A stretch of 63,807 bases of DNA, the filler included, from Olpidium bornovanus S191 (lineage: Eukaryota; Fungi; Olpidiomycota), in the NCBI GenBank assembly GCA_017911155.1. It is 32 parts of 32 records of this genome, joined end to end, with 100 filler letters (N's around TTAATTAATTAA, not from the genome) between each part and the next. Parts side by side here need not be neighbours in the genome. Positions count along the whole stretch, not along the records: positions 34,747 to 37,702 come from JAEFCI010012933.1; positions 37,803 to 39,136 come from JAEFCI010002115.1; positions 39,237 to 41,394 come from JAEFCI010013368.1; positions 41,495 to 43,161 come from JAEFCI010001437.1; positions 43,262 to 46,020 come from JAEFCI010007626.1; 27 more parts are not named here. One strand, given 5' to 3'. The number at the start of each line of letters is the position of its first letter. Within the stretch, counting starts at the first letter, position 1. Shown piece after piece: positions 34,980-46,120 of the stretch. The notes below the pieces were generated by a model. That model was not told the DNA's origin, made no database searches, and was given only the letters and a program-made list of their open reading frames with translations. The position numbers were made by a program, and so were the translations under genes.

Positions 34980-37192
34980 TCAATACATCCTCGCGGTCTC
35001 GGATCTCGCCAGGCCGATCCGGTTGGGCACCTCAACGGCCGCACGGGCGCGGAGATGGACGTGCCTGGGCGATTCGGCGAGCCGCGGAGGCGGCGGCCCC
35101 GCGGGCGGGATTGGCAGCAGCCGGACGCTGATGCTGCGCGGGAGCACCGCGGACGAGAGGATGGGCCGCAAGCGCTCCAACGTGTGCGCGGCGAGAGGGC
35201 CCTCGAGCGGCTCCAGGCGATGCGGGTGCCGCATTACCCGCGGATGGCGCGGTCCCGATCCCGGCGCCGGCGGCGCGGCGGCGGTGGCGGAGGCGGCGGC
35301 GGAGGCGGCGGCGGCGGGCCGCTTTCGGGCGAGTTCGGCTGTTGTGAGATCCCGGCTGGGCGGAGGGGCGGAAGGGAAAAGGGGGGACCGGGGTACGGGG
35401 ACGGAGTTCCGGGAGTTTCAGAGAAGTATAGCTTCAGTCAAAAGCCCGCCGGTTCGATATTTTGGAGAGCGGTTTCAACTCACCGCGACCGCTGTGGTCT
35501 CGTCGTCGAAGACACGGTTCTCGATGCCAAGTCCGTTGCCCCGTTTGCCGTGGGCGAATTGTCACGCGATAAGCCATCTGCCTCAAGCTCGTCCACCCGC
35601 TGGAGCGGCCCGTCAGATTCCCCGTCGCGGTCTGGCGAAGCCGCCCGGCTAATTATCTTCCCTGGCTGTCGCCAACGGGAATACCTCGCCTGTGCCGTGT
35701 GCGGCCGCGAGAGATCGCGCGGGGACTTGTCGGCGGTTTCTGAATGTAGCCCGCCGTCCGCCGGGGGCACGAGGACAGAAGACGTGTTAGACAGGGAGAC
35801 CGTTTGAGGGGGGGGGGGGGGGGGGGGCAGAACTTTTTCGGCGAAATCGGAGCCCTTTCGCCCCGCTTTGGGTGGGCGACGTTGTCCCATACCGTACAAA
35901 TGTTCCGCCGGGATCTGCCCGTCCGTCTTCAGCGCGCTGATCGTCTTGCACATGAGGTCTTTGCCCTTACTTCGCTCCGACGGCGCCGGCGAGCCGGGCC
36001 CGTCCGCGGGCGCGTCCTCGCGGTTCGCGGCCGTGACGGGCTCGTCGTCCAGGTACCGCAACTGTGGAAGCAGCCGCAGGACGTTCGTCCTGTACATTTC
36101 GTCTACCGCCTCGGGGGCGTAAACCGACGGCGCTCGTTCCGCGCGCCCTCCTTCCCGTTCCTTCCTCTGCATTTGGACGGGGTTGTCTTGCAGCGTCAGC
36201 GAGACCAGAGCCTCGCAGAGGCTCAGGTGCTCCACCTGATCGTACGAGTCCACATTGTTTCTGCCGGCAAAGTTTGTTTTTTTTTTTTTTTTTTTTTTAA
36301 ACGGACGGGTTTAGGACAGACGGTCTTTTATCGCCGGCGACGGAAAAGGCTTGGTGGGGGACGGGGGGAAAGGGGGGCAAACGATGTCGCACCCCTCAAG
36401 GTCCAGGATTTCCAGGTGTTCCAGCATGCTCAGCGATGATATGTCGCAGAGGTTGTTGAAGGCCAGGTACAGTTCCCGCAGCGAGGCCAGAGCGCTGGGT
36501 CCGCTGAAGTCCGAGAGCCCGCATCGCGCCATCCACAGGACGTGGACGCCTTCCAGGGACGATCCCAGATCGCTGCGAGGCGGCTGCGAGAAGTCAGTTC
36601 TGCCTGCGTCGATCTGCATTTTTTTTAAGCTTGCCGCCCGTTCCAGGCCGCCTCTGGACACCGTACTCCTTCTCAACTATGGGATATCATTTGGAGAAGG
36701 AGATATTTGGAGGACACACCGGAGCGACCTGATCATGCTGTTGTTCAACTTGAGCTGCTCCAGCGAGGGCACCATCTCCCCAAAGTTGTTCAGACTCATG
36801 CTGGAGGTGTCCACCGTCATCTCCAGGTACCTGACGTCTTTAAGGTCGTCCATGGCGGTGAGTTGTCGCTGGCGTCACGATCGCAATATGATGAACAGAT
36901 CTCAGTCCGAGCATTTCTCTGCGGGGTAAAGGGTGGGGGAGGGGGGGTGGGTTTGACTTACCAGCTTCGGGGCAGAGAGGTAGCCTTTCATAAACTGCTC
37001 CACCTCTCTCTCCCCCTCCTCCAGCATCCGCTTCACCATCCTGGACGACAGCGGGTCTCCCTCCGGCTGCGGCGCGGCGGGCGGGTCGGTGCGTGGCCGC
37101 TGAGGAGGGTCGGCGCCGGGGGATGTGCAGCGCGGGGAAGGGACGATTTGCGCGGAGGAACTCTCCTCAGGCGGCGCCTGGGCCGGCGCCAT
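34980..37192 (-). CDS. LRRC56: Leucine-rich repeat protein LRRC56/ODA8 (outer dynein arm assembly factor), multi-exon; 3' end uncertain
   Basis: YLSAPKL|...DDLKDVRYLEMTVDTSSMSLNNFGEMVPSLEQLKLNNSMIRSLR|DLGSSLEGVHVLWMARCGL...LRELYLAFNNLCDISSLSMLEHLEILDLEG|NNVDSYDQVEHLSLC...LTLQDNP follows the recalled LRRC56 sequence closely. Confidence 0.88.
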
Positions 37193-38160
37193 TTCCGTCG
37201 TTCTCCCGCACGGGCGCGACGCAGGCCGGCCGCCCGGCGGGCTGCGCGCGGCTTGGCTGACGAAGAGAATCGTTGCGCAAAATGAGCGGGCGGTGAGTGT
37301 CAGTCGGCCGGAGAGGCGCACTCGCCGCCCAACCGGCCCCTGCCCAACCAGCCCCCTCAAAGAAAGAGGGCGGGGTGCGCGGCTGGGGTACCACCCGCCG
37401 GGCGCTCGCTGGGCGGCTTATACCGGGCAGCACGGAGGTTCGCCAGGAGCCACCGGGCCGTCGCGGCGCTCCCGCCCTGTGTTGCTGCGGCCTCGCATAC
37501 GCGCCGCCCGCCTTGAGTTTGGTCTCCTTGCCCGGCAAAGGTGGAACGCCAGTAGCAAACAGCCCGCGCCTGGACGTATCGTCCGTAGAACGAACGAAAA
37601 CGGAAATCTGATCCCCGCCTATTTCCCTCCCCTCCCCCCACACGCAACCGTCGGCCAGGTGAACCCTGCTACAAAGCTGCAGGAAAGCGCGCTGATACCA
37701 TGNNNNNNNNNNNNNNNNNNNNNNNNNNNNNNNNNNNNNNNNNNNNTTAATTAATTAANNNNNNNNNNNNNNNNNNNNNNNNNNNNNNNNNNNNNNNNNN
37801 NNCCCACGCGGTGCGGGGGAAGAGGGGGAGGGGAGGGAATGGTGATGGGTGGGGAGGGAAGGCGGCCCCATCTTTTTCGTCTGTCGTCGTTGCGAATTCC
37901 GCTTCCTCCGGGCGCGCCCTCCAAAAAAAAAATCAATCAAAACACAAAAGAACCATGGCGCCCTCCAGGTTAAGAAATCTCTTACCGGAGGGAGCGCTCC
38001 CCCGCCCTTTCCCCGCCCCCCCGCCCGCCCGCGCGCGCGCGTTAAACACCCGCACACACAAAGCGCCCTCTCCGCGTTCTTCTCGTTTTCGCCGGGCCGG
38101 CCGGCTGCTGCCGCCTCGAAACACCGCACCCCCCGACGAACGACAACGGCGCAGACGAAC

Positions 38161-39060
38161 ATGCCGGCGGCTGGTGACGGGGCGGCGGCCCCGGCGGATG
38201 CCGCCGCAGGCGACGTGAAAGAGAAAAACGGAAAGGCCGCGGGCAAAGCGAAGAAGGCCGGCGGCGCCGGCGCCGGAAAAGCGGCCAGGGCCGGGAAAAA
38301 GAGGAAGAAGGGGTCGGGAGGCAGGGGGAAAGGCAAGGGGAAAAAGGGCGCCAAGGGGGCCAAGGGAGGCAAGGGAGGAAAAGGAGCCAAGGGGGGCAAG
38401 GGAGGTAAAAAGAGGAAAAGGGGCGCCGGCAAGGCGAAAAGGCGCAAAGCCCTCACCGCCGCCCAGGCGGCAAAGTACCTGCTCTACTTCCAGGTCAAGG
38501 CGAGGGAGAAGAGCATCAACTTCTACACAAAGTGGTGGAAGGAATTGTCAGTGTGTCCCCACCCTCACCAACCCCCGTGGAGACTTTTGCGGGGAGGGGG
38601 GGGAGGGGGGGGGGGGCGGGTGAAGAACCTCAAATTCCGGCAGCCGACAGAAGGCATTTCCTTTTTTTTTTTTTCTGTAATCGGAGTCGAGCTCAGGTCA
38701 CAGGAGGGCAAGGACCTTCAAGCAAAGCTGCAGACAACGAAGGACAAAATGGTAAAAACACGCCCTGCAGCGCGGTTGACGGAAGAAAAAAGAAAACGAT
38801 GAAAACCCCCAGGGATAGCCCCCCGGCGTCATCCCCCGTCCCTGTTATTTACGACCGACTGCCCCTTCTTTTTTTATTTTTCTTTTTATCAGTATGCAAA
38901 GATCCAGACAATTTTGGGGGCCACCGAGGCCATGTCCGCGAAAATGCGCAAGATCTCCGGGGAGCAGGCTGAGTTCGAGAGGCAAATGGACCTCGGGAAG
39001 GATATGGGCAACATTAAAATTCGGAACGACGTCGAGGGTGGGCCGGCAAAGCGGCGCCGA
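38161..39060 (+). CDS. Coiled-coil protein with Gly/Lys-rich N-terminus, CFAP157/CCDC166/BBOF1-like (3'-partial)
   Basis: GAKGAKGGKGGK low-complexity tract, then YLLYFQVKAREKSINFYTKWWKEL and helical exons (ELRSQEGKDLQAKLQTTKDKM; YAKIQTILGATEAM...); resembles the YxxQIxxLExxLxxYxxkWxEL motif of these ciliary proteins. Confidence 0.45.
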
Positions 39061-39236
39061 AACGTTCTTGGCAAAAATTCTTTTTTCTGTGTTTGCGCGG
39101 AAAAACGCTAGCCCCGCCCCCGGTAGATTTCGCCCCNNNNNNNNNNNNNNNNNNNNNNNNNNNNNNNNNNNNNNNNNNNNTTAATTAATTAANNNNNNNN
39201 NNNNNNNNNNNNNNNNNNNNNNNNNNNNNNNNNNNN

Positions 39237-39272
<36 letters not shown>

Positions 39273-39536
39273 AAGGGCGGACGCGATCGAGGGTTTCGCA
39301 AGAAACCCCGAAAAGAATTCTCAGCGTGCCGGCAATTCAGAAAGCGCCCGTGTTGCCGCGGACAAAGGTTTCTTTTCTTTCCCTTCTCTTTTGTCCTTAA
39401 CAGGCCGTTTCTTTCTGTTTTGGTGCGGGGGGACGCGGGCGGCCTCCAATTCGGGAAACGCTCAAAAGCAGCTCCGTCCGAAACAAAATTTACAAAAAGG
39501 AAAAAGAAAAGCAGGGCCGCCGTTTTTATTTCTCAC

Positions 39537-40358
39537 CAGTTCGGTGTGAACGGGAACATCCGAATGAACAGGAGGTAGAAGAACAGGTCGTCCTTCCTCC
39601 TAGCCACCGCCGTCCGCATCTTTCCCAGCCTCGCGGGCATCAGGCGCTCCACGACCGGCCCTCCCACACAGTACGAGAGGAGGTAGCATATGGATGACCC
39701 GGTGGCTGTCAGGAGACAGAGCAACGGGAGGGCGTACAGACGGTAGAGAGCGCCACCCAGCAAGTTCTGGTTTCGTTATTCGCAGCAAGCCTATATACTT
39801 GATCTTTCTAAAAAAAAAAAAAGGCCCGGCGAGAATTAGCTGCAACGGGCGCACCTTACCATGAACACTGAGCCGGGGATGGCAAACGTTTGCTGGGCCG
39901 ATCGCCACGGCCGTCCCCAGGGTTTTCCAGCAAGCGTCGAAACCGCCAGGCGGGGGGCATCAGTTCGAGGCGCAGAGAAGCCCCACATTCCCTTTCCGCA
40001 CCCTCCCGGTTTAGCGCACCTTCCAAAGGTAAAACAATGAGAACGTGAGCAAGACCAGTTTCCCCTCCTCGTCGCCCGCGTCCGTGTGCGCCTTCAGGTT
40101 GTGAGCCTGCACGCGGACTTGCTCCACCGAGCCCGGCAAGGCCAGGTCGGGGATCCGGGCGGCCAGCCGGAGCAGCAGCCACAGGGAGGAGGCGGCCAGC
40201 GCGACGACCAGGAGGAGCCGGGGCACGATGACCAAGACCAGCGGGGTGTTCTGCTGCCGCCCGCCCGATGTTTGCGGGCCCGCCGCCACGGCCGCGGCCG
40301 CCTCTTCCGGACGCCGCCGCCGCGCCCCGCCGCCGCCGCCGCCGTCGCGCGCCGCCAT
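39537..40358 (-). CDS. TMEM41: TMEM41/DedA (VTT/SNARE-associated domain) membrane protein, 5' part
   Basis: LFYLWK|QTFAIPGSVFM|NLLGGALY...LTATGSSICYLLS...LFFYLLFIRMFPFTPNW across GT-AG introns. Confidence 0.88.
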
Positions 40359-41166
40359 TTCCGTTTTTGTGCGGGGTGGAAAGTGCCGGAGTGGGGGGAC
40401 CGTAATTAAGCTGAATCGTGTTCTTGCACAGGCCGAGTGGGAACTTGCGGGGCCGAAATTCTCCGTTTCGTCCCCTCCCTTATGCCGGATTGGGGGAGGC
40501 TGAGAGCACTGCCCCGCCCGGCTTCACACCTGAACACCCTGTCCATTAGAGTAGCGTAGACTGGCAGAATAGAGCAGCTCCCCGAGAGCCCTTTGAAACC
40601 CCCGAAAACTCCCCCGAATTATAAGCCCAACCCGTGGACTTGCTCCCTGTCAAAGAAGAAGACGCAACCATGGAAGACGGTCGCCAACTTCCGCGGTGCA
40701 GCAGCAGACTACGGCTGCGCGGCGAAACCAGGAGCATGCCAGGGGCACTAGCACCCCCGAGCCAGGACGGTAGCGTGGTGTAACGAGTGCAGTGCGGAAT
40801 CTGCGTGCAGCTTTATCTGGAAATTCATATTTACAGGCTCTCGCTCTGGGTCTGGATGTGGGCCCGGATCTGGGTCTGGATGTTCTGTTAAGATTCAAGA
40901 AATGCGCAAAGGCGACGCGCTTTATATACGCGCGTGATACGTCAAGGTGCAGACGTGGCCAAGGCGCGCTAGTCATGGTGCTGGTCTTGGCAGTGGGCCT
41001 GCATGGCGTCTGTCAGGCTGTAAAGCCTGGTACTGGCGGCTGGTTCGAAAAGTATTTCTGGGGGGAAATTCCCCGAGGGCGGCGCCATCACGTTCGTATT
41101 TGAAGTACCAGGCTGGCGGCTGCACTACGCACAATGGTTTGCCTTCGTCACGTGATAGGCGGCTAG

Positions 41167-41394
41167 TGTTCAGATATGCGCCCTCGTTTTTGCCCCCCCC
41201 CCCTTTTTCTTTTTCTTTTTGACCGCCCGGCACCTCCCTGCTGTAACCGTCAACCATAGCAAATACACGAGTAAACGTTGAGCTGAACGTAACAGATTAA
41301 GAGTCTCAGCCTCTCCGCTGAGGAAGCCATCCGCCGCTTCAAGCGTCGTCGCCGTCGCCGCTCACCGACACCGTCGCTCACGGCGCGAGAGCCG
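41167..41394 (+). mobile_element. LTR retroelement family A: 5' LTR (41167-41294, 128 bp) + PBS (41295-41308) + leader, truncated at contig edge
   Basis: TGTT...AACA termini; PBS GATTAAGAGTCTCA abuts the LTR; second copy at 10851-11051. Confidence 0.78.
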
Positions 41395-41706
41395 NNNNNN
41401 NNNNNNNNNNNNNNNNNNNNNNNNNNNNNNNNNNNNNNTTAATTAATTAANNNNNNNNNNNNNNNNNNNNNNNNNNNNNNNNNNNNNNNNNNNNACGCTC
41501 CCCCGGAAGCGCTTTCGCGTGTTTCACGCTGCGCTTTCGGCTGCCCTTCTGCCGCCCGAATGATCGGCGATCAGCGCGCGCGCCGCGGCTCTCCCGTTCT
41601 GCAAATTGCGCCATGTTTTCTTTTTTTTTTTTTCTTGGTTGTTTTGTTTTTGCGTCCGGAGAACGCGCCCGGTCCCAAATCGCTCGTCGGCTGGCTGGCG
41701 GCCGGG

Positions 41707-41738
<32 letters not shown>

Positions 41739-41860
41739 TTCTCGTTTTGCCAACCTGCGCGAAAGAGGGGCCCGACCGGCCGAAAATTCCGCGCAAGCCC
41801 GCCAAAACGCCCCACCCCTCCCCCGCTCCCCGTTCGCCGCAGCCTGAGCTGCGCGGAGGC

Positions 41861-43130
41861 ATGGCCGCCACCGAGCGCGACTCCGTGTCGGAGGTGCGCA
41901 CCGCCCGCTCTCTTCTCTTTCCCGCCGCCGTATTCCGTCGCCGGGGACCCGTGGCGGGGCGCTCGTCCCGCCCGAGGGGAGCCGCCCGCTGCTGACCGCG
42001 TTCTCCTCTCGCCGGCGGAGCAGGGCTGCTACCTCGTGATTCCAGTGAAGCAGGGCTCGAAACGCCCGCGGGGCGGCAGAGGTGGAGGGCGGCGCGCCGA
42101 AGGTGCTTCCCCGCGGCGGCGCCGCGTCGTTTTGGCCTGCCACCGGCCGCGTCGGACGAGGAATCTAACCCGCGAGCGGCCTGGTTTGGGACAACTGAAA
42201 AAGGGCGGAGATCGGCGGACCCCGCACAAGACCCGGGGTCCCTGTCGGCGCAGGGAGGCTTCCAGAGGCTTTTTTCCGCAAACGAGAACCTGCAGTGTCT
42301 TGAGCGCCGGCGCCGCGCCTGTCAACAGCAGATCGAGGAACTCGAACGCTTAGTCCAGGTGGGCTCGGGACCCCTTCGACGAACGGTCTTCTCTGCCTTG
42401 GAAGTGATTCTGCTACTGACACCGGTTGCCCTGTTCGGCGGGTGGTCACCAGGAAGTCTTGCTTGAAACAAACCATCGCGCTCTCTCGCACCTGATCTCA
42501 TTCCTCGACCGGTGCAATCAGCCGCTGGGAACAGCAATGTACGCTAGCAAGGTTACCAGATCCAGCTTGCTTCACAAAATGCCACCTGCCGGTGACTGGG
42601 ACATTTTGCTGACCGCTGCGCTTGTCCGCACAAAAAAAAAGCCCGTGGACTCCTTCACCATACAAAGAGATCCCAACAGGGCTGGTGTTTGCTGGTATGG
42701 CAAACTTGCCCGTTTCCGGCAGGGCTGTTTGATTACCGTCATAACTTTCATGTTAAACACTGGCGGTATCATTTCATCTACGTCAGGCGTCAATATCCCG
42801 GACCATAATTTTCTCTTTCAACAGATTGCGGAGAAGATACGGGATGGAACAAACCACCGGCCGGCGGTTCTCCAAGCCAAGGATTGCTCGTCTCTGGCTA
42901 TCATGCTGAAGTCAATGATATCGCAGCTTGTTGGAACGGGCGCCGAAGGTGACGTCCATGATTCGGAAGACTGGGAGGAACATACGGGCTCATGCAAGGT
43001 GAGCTTTGCCGGCGCCATGTTCTGCTGTGTCTTCGTGAACTCATGCCATTAGCTCGCGAATCGTTAGGGCAAAGGTTGTGCTGCTGCTCCGTATGATATG
43101 CAAATATTGGAAAAATGGTACCAGAGCCAG
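41861..43130 (+). CDS. ORC3: Origin recognition complex subunit 3, N-terminal part (multi-exon, 3'-partial)
   Basis: MAATERDSVSE|GCYLVIP, ETNHRALSHLISFL, LLTAALV, GVNIPDHNFLFQQI, VLQAKDCSSLAIMLKSMISQL, YDMQILEKWY; colinear with the ORC3 N-terminal domain. Confidence 0.88.
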
Positions 43131-43697
43131 TCGTTTGGAGGCTCGAGTTTGGCAGACGGAANNNNNNNNNNNNNNNNNNNNNNNNNNNNNNNNNNNNNNN
43201 NNNNNTTAATTAATTAANNNNNNNNNNNNNNNNNNNNNNNNNNNNNNNNNNNNNNNNNNNNCATGAAAACAAACAACATTTGCTTGGCAACCGGACAACC
43301 TCAGCCCGCATCGGCACCTCGCGCTCTACCGCTCGCCTCCTCCCCCATCCTTCCCCGACACGACCCGTTCCGGACCGACCTGGGTGGGTGCCCTACCGGA
43401 CGAACGCCCAAGCCAGAACCGGCCGATCTTTTCGCCATCGACTCTAAAACCCCTCATCCGTCCGGCATGTCGTTAGGAGCAGTTTTCTCCGGCCGGACGC
43501 CACTACAGATGCGAGGCTCCCCCAGCGGGGTGGAGGAAGGGGGGGGGAGGGGGGTGGCGGTCGGCGCACGAACCCCACCCCGTAGCGAACTTTACGAGGA
43601 TATCACCTTGAATAAACGCGTTTGCCGCCCCCGCCGGCTCCCTGCTCCTTTTCCCCCACACGCACCCCTATCTCCCAGTCGCAATGAATCAGAGCGG

Positions 43698-45333
43698 ATG
43701 TCCCAGGAGACGCAGCGGATGGAAGAGCGCCTGGCCGCCCTGCGGGAATCCCTCTCGAGGGAGAGATCAGAGAGGCAGCGGACGGCAGCGGGCAGCCTAT
43801 GGAGAGGGGGCAGGGAGGGAACGGTGCAGCGGTACGCGTCGCAGGTTCTCGCCAAGAAGAATGAACGACTGCAAGCGAGAAGCACGGCTTCCTCGTCGGA
43901 CGCGAGCGGTGAGGCCACAGGGAAAAAAAAGAAGAAAAGAAAAATGAAAGAGGCCCGGCGTTCCGAAGCGGGTAGATTTTCCCCCTTTCGAACCGGCAGG
44001 AAATAAAAAAAAAGCTCGATCAACGGGGCCGCGATTTGCCCACATCGGTCCGTGCCCCGCGCTCCGGCTGACGCTTCGACGTTTCCCTTAATAATAAAAG
44101 GGACGTCGCCGCACAACATTGTCGGTGATCACGGCAGTGCCGGGCAGCGGCAGGGTGCGGAAGGTGTGGCGGCCGCGTCTTTGCAAACGAGCAGCGGACA
44201 TGAAAAGTCTAAAACGGAAGACACCACGAACGCGGAGGCGGTGCAGGGACCTTGCGGCGTTCAGATGGTGAGCGCACACCGCACTGCGGAGACGCCCACT
44301 GCTGATCTGCGCCGCAGACGACCAGCGTGGTGACCCCCACTCGGGGGCTTCCGGCTTCTCTCTCGAATTTGCAGTGGAGGGTGCCAACGCCCGTTCAGGA
44401 GGAGGGCCGGTGCTGCGACCTGCCCGCAGTAGGAGGAGCGGCGAAGTCTCACGGGTCGCCGGCGAAACCCGTCACGCCCGTGCCGCCTAAAGTTGGCGGC
44501 CCGAACCCGCGCCAGTTTAAATTCGGCCCGGGCAGTGCCGCCGCGCACGTCCGGCACCAGCGGCTGACGGCCGTGTCGAGGGCCTATCCGGCGGCCTATC
44601 CCGCGTCCGCGCCGGGCGAAAGCCACGTTTTGCCGGGGAATCTCGGCGAACACGGCGGACAGCCCGCGTTCCAAGAGGCCACCCCGGAGGATACGCGCGG
44701 CGATGACAGCGCGCCGGAGAACGACGGCCCTGCCGATCGGTCGTTTCGAGGTACAGAGCGCCGGCCTCCGCTCCCCGCGTATCGAACCGCGGCGCAGGAC
44801 GGGACGGACGCGGCGCAGGACGGGACGGACGCGGCGCAGGACGTCCGCCGGTCAGGGCACGCCAACGAACTGTTGGACGGCGAGTTCGACGAGGAAGCCA
44901 GCCACCGGAGCTTCCAAGAGGCTCTGCTCGAGTGGCGAACCGGACGCGACACTCCGGAGGCTCGCAGTAAGTTCCCTTCTTCTTCGCCCGGCCTCCTCGT
45001 GCGCCCGGCCGCCCGTCCCCTTCCGACCCAGGCAGAAATACTTTCCCCGGATTTCGAATATTTACTCTGCCCTGGAAAATACCGTCATGGAATTTTTTTT
45101 TTCTTTTTCCCCTTTTAACAGCCGTGCCGCCGCCTTCGCGGTCGGCGTCCACAGCGACGGCCGACTTTGGGCCAAGGACGGCGGACGTCAAGCAGAGGGC
45201 GCTGAAAGTTTTCAACCAAAACGCCTCCCGCGGCCTCAGCTACACCGACCGGCTGCTGCTGTACAAGCTCCGAAAAGAATTCGGCCCGGGGTGCAGCCCC
45301 ACGCACGGTTCCGTGACGTCGCATCCTGGTTGA
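43698..45333 (+). CDS. ZBBX-like cilia-associated protein (about 4 exons), no B-box seen
   Basis: N-terminal coiled coil QETQRMEERLAALRESLSRERSER...LWRGG, central LLDGEFDEEASHRSFQEALLEWR and C-terminal LSYTDRLLL; all three resemble conserved ZBBX segments as recalled. Confidence 0.65.
44789..44843 (+). repeat. Coding 21-bp tandem repeat (AAQDGTD x 2.6)
   Basis: GCGGCGCAGGACGGGACGGAC repeated in frame within the ZBBX-like exon. Confidence 0.9.
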
Positions 45334-46120
45334 CAATTATAAACAAAAAAAAACCTTCCGCAACGGGATGAAGCCCGCATTGGCACACCACACAGGCACG
45401 CTTTTTGCCCATTAATTAGGTGGGCTATTGTTGCACAACACCCGTCATTACGATGGGGCTTTGAACACCAGTTTTGTGCATGCCGTATAAGCGCAATTCA
45501 TTCTGCTATTCATATGCCTATGTGAGCAGTACAGAATAATCCCGGTGACAGGCAGTATTATTCGGGCAGCTTACTGTATAATTCGGCAGTTCAAGGGCGT
45601 TGCCGCATTTGATCTTCGTAGGCACCTCCAAAGTGTGGACCCTGGCGGTTTTGGACCCAGGTGGCTCACTTCTGCGTAACCGTGGCCATCCCCTTCTTCC
45701 CGGCAGTACTCCGTATAGATCCGTGGCCCTGCAACTCGTTGTAAACAAACAAAAGCATCACCCAGAAACCAAAACAGAATCTCAACCCACCCCAAATCCT
45801 TGTCCCACCATCTCCCACCCAAAAACTTCGACAGCCAATAGTGGCCGCCCCCAACACGTTCCGTCATAACGAAGAGGGCTTCTGCACGTCGAAAGGCAGA
45901 GGCCCTACAGAGAATCAGCTGCGTGTGTTTCTTGATTTATTTATTTATTTATTTTTTGGCTTGCCCTAAAAAGCCGCACATTTTCTTGTCTGCACCTTGT
46001 CACTGCGTTCAGCTACCATGNNNNNNNNNNNNNNNNNNNNNNNNNNNNNNNNNNNNNNNNNNNNTTAATTAATTAANNNNNNNNNNNNNNNNNNNNNNNN
46101 NNNNNNNNNNNNNNNNNNNN

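Noticed and set aside
45570-45700. IS200/Y1 transposase-like phrase IIRQFKGVAAFDLRRHL
   Set aside because: No HUH motif upstream, an in-frame stop follows and the match is short; likely chance.
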